DNA from: the human T2T-CHM13v2.0 reference genome, Homo sapiens
Length of the DNA: 64,000 bases
Assembly: GCF_009914755.1 (NCBI RefSeq)
Contig: NC_060927.1
Strand: one strand, 5' to 3'
In this document: piece by piece, positions 38,479 through 54,830 of the stretch
Layout: every line of letters begins with the position of its first letter
How positions within the stretch are numbered: position 1 is the first letter of the stretch
Position numbers and translations under genes: made by a program
The notes under the pieces: generated by a model
Seen by the model: only the letters and a program-made list of their open reading frames with translations
Database searches by the model: none
What the model was told of the DNA's origin: nothing

Positions 38479-41157
38479 ATGCACAAATATATTTGCTTTG
38501 CTTTTTCTTTTCTTGCTCTTCAACTCCTCATATCTATAATATAATTGAGAGCAGTAAATAAGCACAATAATTAGACCCGAGGTTTCTGCCTTGGACATCA
38601 GGCAATAAATAGGCACAATTCAGTCTAATTAAAGCACCCTTAAATGTGAAGTTACCCTAAGAACTTTTCTCAGAATTTCAATTGAAAGTGAGGTTCATTT
38701 GCATCTTATTACTTAAAAGAACTGCAAATAGGGAAAGGCAACAATTTCCACAATCCACATAGAGTAATAAAAAGTATGGGAGTAATTCTTTAAATGTAAA
38801 CCTAATTGAAACAAAAATGATTAAATGATTGTATTTAAAACAAACATTTAGAAGGACATGCTTTACATTTGTTGAATTTGGTAAACCAGACACCTGCCTG
38901 GTCAGGTCACGAGGGAAGAAACTGGGACCTGAAACTAGACCTACCCATCAGAGAGGATGGCTCAGTTGCAGGTGCTGGGAGAATGTCCAGTCTGGCAAGC
39001 AGAACAAAGTATCTGAAGAATATGGCAGAACACAAGGATTGATAATGCAGCCAGGAAATTGGTATCAGGAGGCAAACATGAAAGAGCAGAAGTTCACTCA
39101 ATACGAAACCACGGCTTGGTGCCAAGAAGCAGCTAAACGTGTCCCAAATTCAGGCAGGCAGCATCAGAAAGCCTTATCTACCATAGTAGAGCCACAGTCA
39201 GACTGTGGAACAGGAGCTGGACCCCGGTGGCTAAGAGAGAGAAAGAATGGCAAACGTAAGGTTGGGTCTTAGGTGTTCTTAGAGGACCTGGGCAGACCTG
39301 GCAAACTTTTAAAACAGGAACTCAATTCTGGGTAATGGGAGAAGAATGCGGGTATGAGAACTGCAGCATAAGGTAGATACTGAATCCAAGGAACGAGAGA
39401 CATACATGACTCTAGAAATTACAGCAAAAGCCAAAGGCAGACCGGAAGCCAAACTAGCTTGATGCTAAGGAAGAAAAGTATTGGATTGGAACTCCTTAAA
39501 TGCCTCCTCTCCCAGGTAAAGCCTGGCCACAGGGAGCTTAGAAGGCTGAGTGAACAGGCTGAAGTCATGGTGAGCAGAGAGGTCTGCAGAGACTGGAAAC
39601 TAGGAAGGACTTGACAATAACAAGATCAGGAAAACCAGGCCCATAGTTCCAATTTTGTAATCAATATAATTACCCTGAAACTTTCTAAGCAACAAGTAGC
39701 AGCACTCTTATTTAAATCAAATCTCGCACGTATAATTAAGAAAATCCATGTATGTTTGTTTTAATGAATTTGACCTATAGTAACAAGATGGGTTATTTTT
39801 GCTGCTCAGTCCACTGTCCACAGAAGATGAAAAATAAAAGTAACCCTTTTCCTATTTTTCTCTCCTTTTCATTAGTGTGTAAATTTAACCTATGAAAATG
39901 AATTGCCTTTCTGAATTTCTTCTCATCTCTGAAATACAAAGATGTCTCTCTCTAAAAAAACAGTAAATACATTTTTTAAGTTTTTGTCATTCTTCTGAGA
40001 GCAACATCTTCTAACAGGGCCCTAAAGCATTGAACCCTAATAATAAAAATGCAATATAAAAGTTATTAATGTATTTAGCACACCACTATGTGTTACTACC
40101 TGCCACAAAGTGACACTCACACACAAAATGTCTGTCATACCCATGGCCCAATTCACTTTGGAGAAGAATCACCAAATAGCCATCCTTGGAAGTCAAGGAT
40201 CTCCTCTTTTGGTATGAACACTCATAAGATGAAGACAGAGTAGTTTCATAAGCCAAACATGCCCATTTCTGTTGTGACAGCCTACCCCTAAAATGTAACA
40301 GCCAGACCACTGGCAGGCTAGACCCCTAGACTATACAGAAGCAACAAGAATCAGCAACTGGCAAGTGTCTTCATAGCCAATGTCGGCATGTCCTAATGAG
40401 CAAGTGATATTTAGCTGAATAAGTATTCATGAGCAACTGCTTCTGGAATGCTCCAAAGCCTGATAATTAACAGCTGTGTGCTGCAATTAATTTTTATTTA
40501 TGCTTTAGATATCCACGCAAGATATTATTTCTTGTGTATGATGGATTCATACTTCATGTCGAGTCTCAAAGCAGCAATAAGATAGAAACACCAATGTTGT
40601 TTTTGTTTTTATTTTCTTCTCAATTCAAATGCTCTGCTATTTGTAACTCAAACCACCACACTGCCTTGCATTCAGTAAGAAAATTCCAAAGCCCATGCAA
40701 AGACCATGAGGGAAAAGCTGGCAATGGCATCCAAGGCTTTCCCCAGGTATTCAGAAACCCTTGGAGGGTGTCCAAAGCAATGATCTAAATTAAGATGATG
40801 ACACTGAAGTCTCGGCAGTCTCAATTCACCTCAGGGGCCCCTGTGGTCATGTTATTTCATTCAACAAATGTTAACTGAATGTCCACTATATGCATGGTAC
40901 TGTTCAAAAGTTTGCAAAATTCAGGGGTTGCTTTTCCAGGTCCTTTCTAGTTTTATGATTTTATAGTTAAGAAAATACACAGACCAATACCTCAAGAAGT
41001 TTACAATTCTGAAGGTGACATCAGATTATACAAAGAAAATAACAATAACATATGACAGGATGAATAAGTGCCATACAATTGGCAATACAAGAGGCAAGTG
41101 TTGTAAGACAGCAGAGAGGAGAGTGCTTTGAATATCAAGTTGAAGAGCTCTATGGCC

Positions 41158-41604
41158 GTGGTTCTCAAACTCTAGTACACAGCTGGGTTTGTTAAACAAA
41201 TCACTGGGCCATACCAGCAGAATTTCTTTTCTTTTTTTTTTTGAAATGGAGTCTCACTCTGTCCCCCAGGCTGGAGTGCAGTGGCCCGATCTCGGCTCAC
41301 TGCAACCTCCACCTCCCTGGTTGAAGTGATTCTCCTGCCTCAGCCTCCCAAGTAGCTGGGACTACAGGCATGTGCCACCACGCCTGGCTAATTTTTTTGT
41401 ATTTTTAGTGGAGACCGTGTTTCACTGTATTAGCTAGGATGGTCTCAATTTCATGACCTCATGATCCGCCCGCCTCAGCCTCCCAAAGTGCTGGGATTAC
41501 AGGTGTGCAGTAGGTCTGGGGCAGGACCCCAAAATTTACATTTCTCACAACTTTCCAGGTAATGCTCATGGGGCTGGTTCAAGAACATCTTGAGACCCAG
41601 TGCT
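41158..41604. mobile_element. MER5A split by an Alu
   Basis: GTGGTTCTCAAACT start; CAGTAGGTCTGGGG...ATTTCTCACAACTTTCCAGGTAATGCT...TTGAGACCCAGTG end. Confidence 0.75.
41228..41507 (-). mobile_element. Alu (young S-type), slightly 5'-truncated
   Basis: T run, then GAAATGGAGTCTCACTCTGTC...GCTGGGATTACAGGTGTG. The extreme 5' end of the Alu is absent. Confidence 0.92.
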
Positions 41605-42390
41605 CCATAAGAAGCCATCAAAGTTTACTTACTGCAGAAGGGGAAAATAAAGCAATATGATGAAACAGTGTTTTGAGAAAGTTAATCTAGAGACAGTGGA
41701 TAGGATCTGTTAGAAGGAGGGTGACAGATTTACAGCCAGCTCCAGGGAGGGAAATGATCCAGGACAGAAGGCTGAGATTTCAAAGAACTGGCTTGACTAG
41801 CACAAAGTTGCTATTTGGAGACTTTAGTTCAAAAGGATTCCTAATGCCAGGAACAGACCTTGAATAAGGATAATTTGGCCCTCCTGTTTCCAAATCTCTC
41901 CAGAGATGATAGAGAATCTCTTGAAAACCACGTACAGCCTTAACATGGAGCTGTCCATATTATCCAGATAGAAGAGGTTCAGAACCCTCTATTCATATTT
42001 TTATCAAGTTTCTCCCTGCATTATAAACTCCTACCATTTGAGGCACTACTTTAGGTAAAGGTGCTGACTCCCTAAGGCCTGTTAAAGTTGGTATATATTA
42101 GCCTGCACCTCAAAGTCTTGCTCCTTCTGTCACCACCAGGGAACAAAAGTGGTATTTCTCTTGAAACTCCAGCTTTAGGAACTCAGCTCTCCATAATGTT
42201 CTTTTATATAATAAGTCATTTGGATCCTCACATACTCCAGCCAGTAATTGAAGACATAAGAATCTCCACAGCTTTACTGCAAGAAGGGGAGTCTTTGAAC
42301 ACATGTTATACGCATGTCAGCAAATTGAAGGTATGTGGTGGTTACCAAGTTGTCTTTTCTCACTTCCCCTCAAAAGAATAATACATATTA

Positions 42391-42423
42391 AATAATAATA
42401 ACAATAAATAATAATAATAATAA
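42391..42423. repeat. (AAT)n imperfect microsatellite
   Basis: Read directly from sequence. Confidence 0.85.
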
Positions 42424-43759
42424 AGGTGGCTTGCTTTATTATTTCAGGTCAGCCAGCTAAGGCCTCTTAGCACCATGTCACACCGTCCACCTCTTATCTC
42501 AGCCCCCTCAAGCCAAATATCCCAACAGCTTTTCTCAGCTACTTGACATACATCTGCCCTTCCCCTCACCCCAAACCCAAAGGCCATTCCTGACCTCTGT
42601 CATAAGTTTACAGAGTTTCACTCAATAATAGGGGAGTCTATCTGAAGTCACATTAAGCTTCTTGTTCCCAAGACCTGGCCCCTCTTTGCTTTGTTCACCT
42701 GTTCTGGTCATTCATGGTGTATGCCAAAGTCCCTGTCTCCATTTCTTGCAGATGTGGGGCCTGCTGACACAGACATTTGTCACTTTGTCAGCCTGGGCCC
42801 TGTCCCAACCCTTTCTCAAACATTCTAGAGTAAATTTACAGCCATCTGTAATCCATCCCTTTCAATTAAAAAATGGGGAGGGGAGAACAAGCTAGAGAGC
42901 TTTATCAATGTTCTTTGCTATGTATTGTCCAAAGTATGAAGCCTCCACACTTCAGTAATGATGTGTAGGAGATTCCAGCCAGATTCCTCAGCCCTCCTTT
43001 ACCTGCCCCTCCCCTATTTGCTCATATTTTGGCAGGGTCTACTCGGTTCCATTTTGACCAGGTTTGTCCTTCAGGTTTTCTCTGTCCATCCAAGTACTGA
43101 CACCCCAGGGAGAAGGGAAAAGAGCTTTGTTATGTATCCTAGTCAGCTGGCTGAAGGGCTTGCTTCCATCTTGTTCTGTTGGCATTTAGTAAGTATCAGG
43201 CCGTAGGCTAGTTGCTGAGGATACAAAGATGAATTACAAACAAACAAACAAGCAAAGAAACATGGTTCCTAGTGTCATGGAGCTTTCAGTCTAGTGGGCA
43301 TGTACCAATGCCCTGACTTCTTAAATTTATGTAAAAGACCAGAAATATTAATGTGGAAGTGATAATCCTATTTGGAAATAGGCCAGAGATTTTAAAATAT
43401 TAAATGTGTATCTCATTGTGTAAGAAGTCTCCTTAAAAATTACTTTAAAAAAACGGAAAGGATTTACACCTTTTTCAGTCTGTTTGACGGCCCAGACAGA
43501 AAGGCGGTTCTAAAGATTTTGTCACAGTGTAATGCAATCTCCCTTGATTGTTGCCCCAGGTGCCTTTCCCTCAGTGAAATCTATCATTAAAAGAAACTCC
43601 TACATGTCAGATGAAATGAAATGGGGGGAAGAATAAGAGAAGGTCTTTTTCCCACCTTCCGGAGTTGGCACTAGTGAAAAATGTATTCATGAAATTGTGT
43701 TTCTAATACAAACACCAACTTTTCACCTAGCAGCAAAGCTCTTTCACTTTCTTGCTACC

Positions 43760-44055
43760 TTTTTTATGATTATAAAAATAATACATGCACATTGTAGAAA
43801 ATTTATAAAATATAGGGAAGTATAAAGAGAAGAAAACCTGTAAGCTCATTAGCCAGTGATAATCACTTCTAATATTTTGGTTTACTTCCTTCCAGTGTTC
43901 TTCGTTTTTCTATGTAAATAAGTATTCACAAACATACAAATATTTTGCATACCTGTTATCATGCCACATATGTATAGATTTGTATCCTGCTTTTTTCTCT
44001 CATCATTAAATATAAAACACGTTTGTACAATTAAATATTATTTTAAAACATTAGC
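43760..44055 (-). mobile_element. old L1ME-type 3' fragment
   Basis: TTATAAAAATAATACATGCACATTGTAGAAAATTT...TTTGTATCCTGCTTTTTTC. Confidence 0.6.
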
Positions 44056-45019
44056 AAGGCTATCTTCATACTTATGACTTTATTTCTCCCATTAATCTAA
44101 GTCCAAATCTTCTATAAGAAAGACAGAGCTACTTCTCATTTATGTTAAACTTTACCTTGAGAACACATCAACGGAAAAGTAAAAAGAGGAAAATACTGTT
44201 AATAAAAATATCTGAAATCAATTAAGAAATAGGACATTTCTGCACACTTCACTTTCCTTCCTGAAGAAAATTCCAGAAAAGTCACAAGAGGTGAGGGTGG
44301 TGTCCAATTCTCTCTTCAGATCTAACAGGTAGGTCTTTACGATTTTATAGTAAAGTCCAGGGTCCTGACTATAGACCCTCTTTCTAGAAGCATATACGAC
44401 TTTTTTTTTTTTAAGTTTGGAATTTCAGTTCAAAGACTTGGTTGCACAAATACAGCACAAAGAAACCCGATTGGACAACAATCTACCTTTTAAAAACAAA
44501 TTGAGATTTTTAAAATCTGGCTGGAATCTCCTCCACATCGTTACTGAAATGTAGAGGCTTCATACTTTGGTCAATACAATTCAGAAACTTTTTAACATAA
44601 AGTTTATAGGGAACAAACTAGTATTTAAATTATATCTTAGATTTAATAACTATTGATTATTTTGAATACAGTTTTAATGTTGACTTGATGATAAAAGTAG
44701 CACATAATCATTCAAGCCACTTTGTTTTATGTCTTATTCTCTGAACAACCCTATGAGGTCTGCATGTAGGCAGAGAAATATTGCTATCCCAGTTTCAGAG
44801 ACAAGGTCTTTAAGATTCTGGAAATGTTAAATGACTGGTCCGAGCTCACACAGTAAGCCAAAGAACTGGGGTCAGAAACTTTTAATGTAAGCACATCATT
44901 CTTTTCAAATAATTTATTTTAAGCATCTTTAAGAGAACTATGGTTTGCCTATATTCTGTCTTGTTCAGAAATGTATGGCATTCTGTCCAATTCTGTCACA
45001 AAACATATTTTAAGTGGAA

Positions 45020-45400
45020 AATTGACAGTCTTGAGTTGGCTCCAGAGGAGGGTGATTAAGACTGTGAGAACTATGGAAACCATGTTCTATCACCAATAAT
45101 GGATGAAGGAATTTGGTATATTTAGCCTGGAAAGAGAAGATCAAGAGGAGATAAGAGAGTTCTTTTAATGTCTGAACGGCTGTCAAATGGACAGACAAGC
45201 TGACTCGTTCGTTCCACATTGCTCCAAATATCAGGCAAGAACAATGAATAGAACTTCAAAAGAAACAGATTCCTGCACAATAAGAGATTTGTCTTTTGAA
45301 CCAATGGAACTGTTCAAATGTGGAGAAAACTACTCTCTGTAAGAGAGTGAATGCCTCTGCCCTGGACACATTTAAGGAAAAGCTGGCAGGGACGCTGTGT
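45020..45400 (+). mobile_element. L3/CR1 LINE 3' remnant
   Basis: CCAGAGGAGGGTGATTAAG...GAAGGAATTTGGTATATTTAGCCTGGAAAGAGAAG...CTGGACACATTTAAGGAAAAGCTGG. Confidence 0.7.
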
Positions 45401-48083
45401 GATGACTTTTTTGGTTCCTTGTATCTTCCATTAATTTTTCCTTTGTTTTTCTTGGCTCATGAACGCAATATACAGTACACAGTATATGACAGAAGAGAAG
45501 CTGCTATGAGTCAGGTGCTTCCAAACTGTTTCCCAGAGGAAAAAAATCACCTGGGGTAGTCGAACGAGGAGCCTGGGAAAGTTGGGTTTAACAAGTGCCT
45601 CAGGTGAATTTTATCATCATGGAAGTTTAAGAATATTTTTCAAAACATCATTTCATTTAATCCTTACAACAATCCTGCAGGGCAGATGAGAAAATTGAGG
45701 TTCAGAGTTATTTAGCAATGTGCCCAAAGTCACATAGCTATTAAATGATAGAGAGGGATTCACAGTGAGGGAGTTTGACCTGGAATGGAGTCTGAGATAT
45801 TACCCTCTACAAGACACTGAAAGGAAGACACTAAGAAAGGAAATGGGAAACTTGAAAAAAGTCTTTATTAAATGTGCATGTTGAATTTTTAAAATATAAG
45901 TCATGAGTCCTTTGCATGCACAGTAAAATGTGGAGGTTTGTAAATGATAGTATTCGGATTCAGGCAGGAACTATGTTGAAGTTCACTTTTCTGTCTTTCA
46001 TGAATAATTATGAAAAGGGTGTACTAACCAAATAAATAATTTCAACATGATTACAAAGAGAATAACATTTTAATGCACTTAGCAGAAGCAATTTACATGC
46101 ATACAATTAATGTGCTAATTTCAGTGATCTTTAGCTATTCATTAAAACAGGCCTGGCAGGTCCTGTACTTGGCAACACTTTGTTAGTCATTTCCTGCTAT
46201 TACTTTATGTACTCAAAAGTAATCAGTCATCTATAATTTAAGAGTTTTCACTAATTAAATAGCCCTTTTTCTAATTATGTCCAAATTAGAGAGGTTAGTG
46301 TGTGGATAAATATGTTTGTGTTTGGTTCATGTATTCAGAGATGGTGATTTCTCTGCATGTGGCAACAAAGACCAACATGTGATCAATAGTCTTTAACACA
46401 GAGCATACAGGAATGTTACAGTGAGCAAGAAGGACCTTTTGACTTAAAATCTGAGCAGTAGAGAAAAAGTATTGTCATTGAGATGGGCTTTATGTTCAGC
46501 CTTGTAAACCTAGCAAGGTCTGGATTTGTTGCCCTTCAGGGAATAATACGAGGATCATCTGTTTTTTCAGGCCTTTGCCCAAGAGATGAAATGGAATGAA
46601 GGTTCAGGGAGAAAAGGAGTTAAAGGTTGTGTTTGCAGGAATGCGTTTGCTGACATTGATCTATGGGTAATTTTGTGATTGTAGGTTTATTCACAAAGGG
46701 GGTTCAAAAAACAGATCAATAATAAAGCAATGGTGAAGATGCTGAAGAACAGGTGATTAATGAAAAATATGGTGAAGGTGCAATCTGCCATGTAGTATGA
46801 ATGCTCCTTCATTCAGCACCCTATAAATAAATATGCATCAGATAGAACGAGAACATTCCCTTGGAATATCGTTAGAGCCAGGCAGAATCTCATCAGACCC
46901 CATGCTTCAAAGAGCAGTTCCTCATGTCCATGGAAGCAAGTTTAAATTCTCTTGTGTAAACTCTGTAAGCAGTTCCACTCTTGCATTATGCATGATTCTG
47001 ACATCTTGTAACATGAGCAGTGTTCTAAAAGTGATTTCCAATTTTATTTCATGTGTTATGTTTTAACGATGCTATTTAGGTTAGCATTTTACTTTGGCCA
47101 CATAGTATCTTGTTACATTTCCTCATATAGCATTTAATTACAGTAGCAGTACTATAACTTAATACTATATAGATAGACAAGGATTTAGTGTAGCCTTAAA
47201 AGAATTTGTTGCCTTTAAAGCCAATGCTTTGTTCTGTCATTTTTATTGTGCTGATTTAATATGTAATGATAAGTGTTAGGCAGGATCCCAGCTCCTCATA
47301 CCAGGGAACTGATAATGAGTCGTGCTAAAGTGAATACCAAAATCTAAGACAACTAAATGTTACAGTGGGTTATGTGTCTTTCCTAGGATAACAACACTCA
47401 AGTTCTTAAATACAAAACTCTAAGAGGAATTAATCCTCAGTAATCTTGTGATGAAGCAGAAAGCTTCACTTGTCCCATTCTTGGATCTCTGTTATCCTCT
47501 TTTGCAGAAATACAGGCTTTTCTCCCTATTGACCCCTGCCCTCAAGAAAGGATTTGAAATTAGGCTTTAGCACCTAGAAAATGTCATGTCAGAGAACTTA
47601 CTCTCCTTATTTCATATGTATCTAAGTCTTATTATTTTGAAATACCAGTTTCCCATTTAAATTATTTAATTAGCTAGTCATCATGGGTAGTACCTGGGTA
47701 GCAAAAGTGCAAGCAGTTTTCTTTCAGATCTCTCTATTTTTTAAAGATCCAGGTAGAGACCATATCTACACTGCATGAAGGATAAAATTAAATGTTTTCA
47801 ATTAAATTCTTCATTTGATCCATGAGTCAGAGAATTGAGGAATAAAATAACTATTTTTTAAAATTTTTATCTATTATTGTTATACTTTAAGTTTTAGGGT
47901 ACATGTGCACAATGTGCAAGTTAGTTACATATGTGTACATGTGCCATGCTGGTGTGCTGCACCCAGTAACTCGTCATCTAGCATTAGGTATATCTCCCAG
48001 TGCTATCCCTCCCCCCTCCCCCCACCCCACAACAGTCCCCAGAGTGTGATGTTCCCCTTCCTGTGTCCATGTGTTCTCATTGT

Positions 48084-51934
<3,851 letters not shown>

Positions 51935-51970
51935 TTAGTTGATGCAGTTTCTTCCTAGTCTCGATGGTCT

Positions 51971-52986
51971 TTACATTTTGGCATGATTTTGCAGTGGCTT
52001 GTACCAGTTGTGCCTTTCCATGTTTAGCGCTTCCTTCAGGGGCTCTTTTAGGGCAGGCTTGGTGGTGACAAAATCTCTCAGCATTTGCTTGTCTGTAAAG
52101 TATTTTATTTCTCCTTCACTTATGAAGCTTAGTTTGGCTGGATATGAAATTCTGGGTTGAAAATTCTTTTCTTTAAGAATGTTGAATATTGGCCCACACT
52201 CTCTTCTGGCTTGTAGAGTTTCTGCCGAGAGATCTGCTGTTAGTCTGATTGGCTTCCCTTTGAGGGTAACCCGACCCTTCTCTCTGGCTGCCCTTAACAT
52301 TTTTCCTTCATTTCAACTTTGGTGAATCTGACAATTGTGTGTCTTGGAGTTGCTCTTCTCGAGGAGTATCTTTGTGGCATTCTCTGTATTTCCTGAATCT
52401 GAATGTTGGCCTGCCTTGCTAGACTGGGGAAGTTCTCCTGGATGATATCCTGCAGAGTGTTTTCCAACTTGGTTCCATTCTCCCCGTCACTTTCAGGTAC
52501 ACCAATCAGATGTAGATTTGGTCTTTTCACATAGTCCCATATTTCTTGGAGGCTTTGTTCATTTCTTTTTATTCTTTTTTCTCTAAACTTCCCTTCTCGC
52601 TTCATTTCATTCATTTCCTCTTCCATCGCTGATACCCTTTCTTCCAGTTGATCTCATCGGCTCCTGAGGCTTCTTCATTCTTTATGTAGTTCTCGAGCCT
52701 TGGTTTTCAGCTCCATCAGCTCCTTTAAGCACTTCTCTGTATTGGTTATTCTAGTTATACATTCTTCTAAATTTTTTTCAAAGTTTTCAACGTCTTTGCC
52801 TTTGGTTTGAATGTCCTCCCGTAGCTCAGAGTAATTTGATCGTCTGAAGCCTTCGTCTCTCAGCTCGTCAAAGTCATTCTCCGTCCAGCTTTGTTCCATT
52901 GCTGGTGAGGAACTGCGTTCCTTTGGAGGAGGAGAGGCGCTCTGCTTTTTAGAGTTTCCAGTTTTTCTGCTCTGTTTTTTCTCCAT
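51971..52986 (-). pseudogene. L1 ORF1, broken
   Basis: Three pieces (52675-52986, 52294-52626, 51971-52300) with a premature stop and a -1 frameshift. Confidence 0.95.
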
Positions 52987-54651
52987 CTTTGTGGTTTTAT
53001 CTACTTTTGTTCTTTGATGATGGTGATGTACAGATGGGTTTTTGGTGTGGATGTCCTTTCTGTTTGTTAGTTTTCCTTCTAACAGACAGGACCCTCAGCG
53101 GCAGGTCTGTTGGAGTACCCGGCCCTGTGAGGTGTCAGTCTGCCCCTGCTGGGGGTGCCTCGGGGGTTAGGCTGCTCGGGGGTCAGGGGTCAGGGACCCA
53201 CTTGAGGAGGCAGTCTGCCCGTTCTCAGATCTCCAGTTGCGTACTGGGAGAACCACTGCTCTCTTCAAAGCTGTCAGACAGGGACATTTAAGTCTGCGGA
53301 GGTTCCTGCTGTCTTTTTGTTTGCCTGTGCCCTGCCCCCAGAGGTGGAGCCTACAGAGGCAGGCAGGCCTCCTTGAGCTGTGGTGGGCTCCACCCAGTTC
53401 GAGCTTCCCGGCTGCTTTGTTTACCTAAGCAAGCCTGGGCAATGGCGGGCACCCCTCCCCCAGCCTCGCTGCCGCGTTGTAGTTTGAGCTCAGACTGCTG
53501 CGCTAGCAATCAGTGAGATTCCGTGGGCGTAGGACCCTCCGAGCCAGGTGCGGGATATAATCTCCTGGTGCCCCGTTTTTTAAGCCCATGGGAAAAGCTC
53601 AGTATTCGGGTGGGAGTGACCCTATTTTCCAGGTGCCGTCTGTCATCCCTTCCTTTGACTAGGAAAGGGAACTCCCTGACCCCTTGCACTTCTGGAGGGA
53701 GGCAATGCCTCGCCCTGCTTCAGCTCGTGCATGGTGCACGCACCCACTGACCTGCGCCCACTGTCTGGCACTCCCTAGTGAGATGAACCCGGTACCTCAG
53801 ATGGAAATCCAGAAATCACCTTCTGCGTCGCTCATGCTGGGAGCTGTAGACGGGAGCTGTTCCTATGCGGCCATCATGGCTCCTCCCCTAAAATAACTAT
53901 TTTTAATCTTACTATAGGAGGTAATCTAAGCATCTTTACTGATAACCAAGTGATTACATATGTTACTCTCCCTGGACTATAATTGATACATCTAAGAAAA
54001 AATATTTATGTGGAATATGTGTTATGTATGTAATATACTGTATGAAAAGCAACTGCTATATGCCAACTGCTTTACATACATTATTTCAATCAAGAACTCT
54101 GCATACAATCTTGCCTTGGACAAAACTGTCCAGATGAGCAGGCAGAAGTCAGGGCTGAAATCCAGTTAGGGTTCTCTTTGCCAAGTCTGATAAGAGACAT
54201 GGGCAATGTTAGCCCTAACAAATGAATGCTTTTTCCTAATTGGCTCCCCCAGAGAGGGCACTTTTTTCTAATTCACTTTGTGAGCTAGTATTAGGCCTGA
54301 TCTCATTCCATACTCAGAACAACACCTCAAAGAATATATGTTTATAGGTAAAGAACACAAGAGCTAGAGGGGTTAAATCACCCACCTATTGAGATGCATC
54401 AGAACTTGAAATTAGATTTGTCTGCCTTTAAATACCATGCTTCCTCCCAAAAAAAAGGGAAAGTGGGAGGAAACTCACTTATGTCCTTTGTTGATGTATA
54501 TGTAGCCCAGCTGTTTGCAGCATTGTGCTAACAAAACTACAAAGCCATCAGGTTTAGTTAAAGGCAGTGAACTACATTTTGCGTTAAGTTATAACTGTAT
54601 TCTACGCATGGTGTGCTTCCAGATGCAAAACAATGAGAGGAAGGAGTCTGA

Positions 54652-54830
54652 CAGTGGTTCTCAAACTTTAGTGGGCTTCAGAATCATTTTGGAGGGCTTG
54701 TTAAACAGAGATCACTGGACCCCCAGCACAGAGTTTCTGACTCAATAGGTCAAGAATTCACCTGAAAATTTGCATTGCTAACAAGTGTCCAGGTGATGCC
54801 CATGCTGCTCATCCAGAGACTATACTGGCA
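54652..54830. mobile_element. MER5A MITE
   Basis: CAGTGGTTCTCAAACTTTAG...GGAGGGCTTGTTAAA...CAGAGTTTCTGACTCAATAGGTC...CCAGGTGATGC. Confidence 0.8.

Noticed and set aside
38829-39272. 147-aa ORF
   Set aside because: Non-ATG start, no recognisable domain or exon boundaries; probably an old LTR-like sequence.
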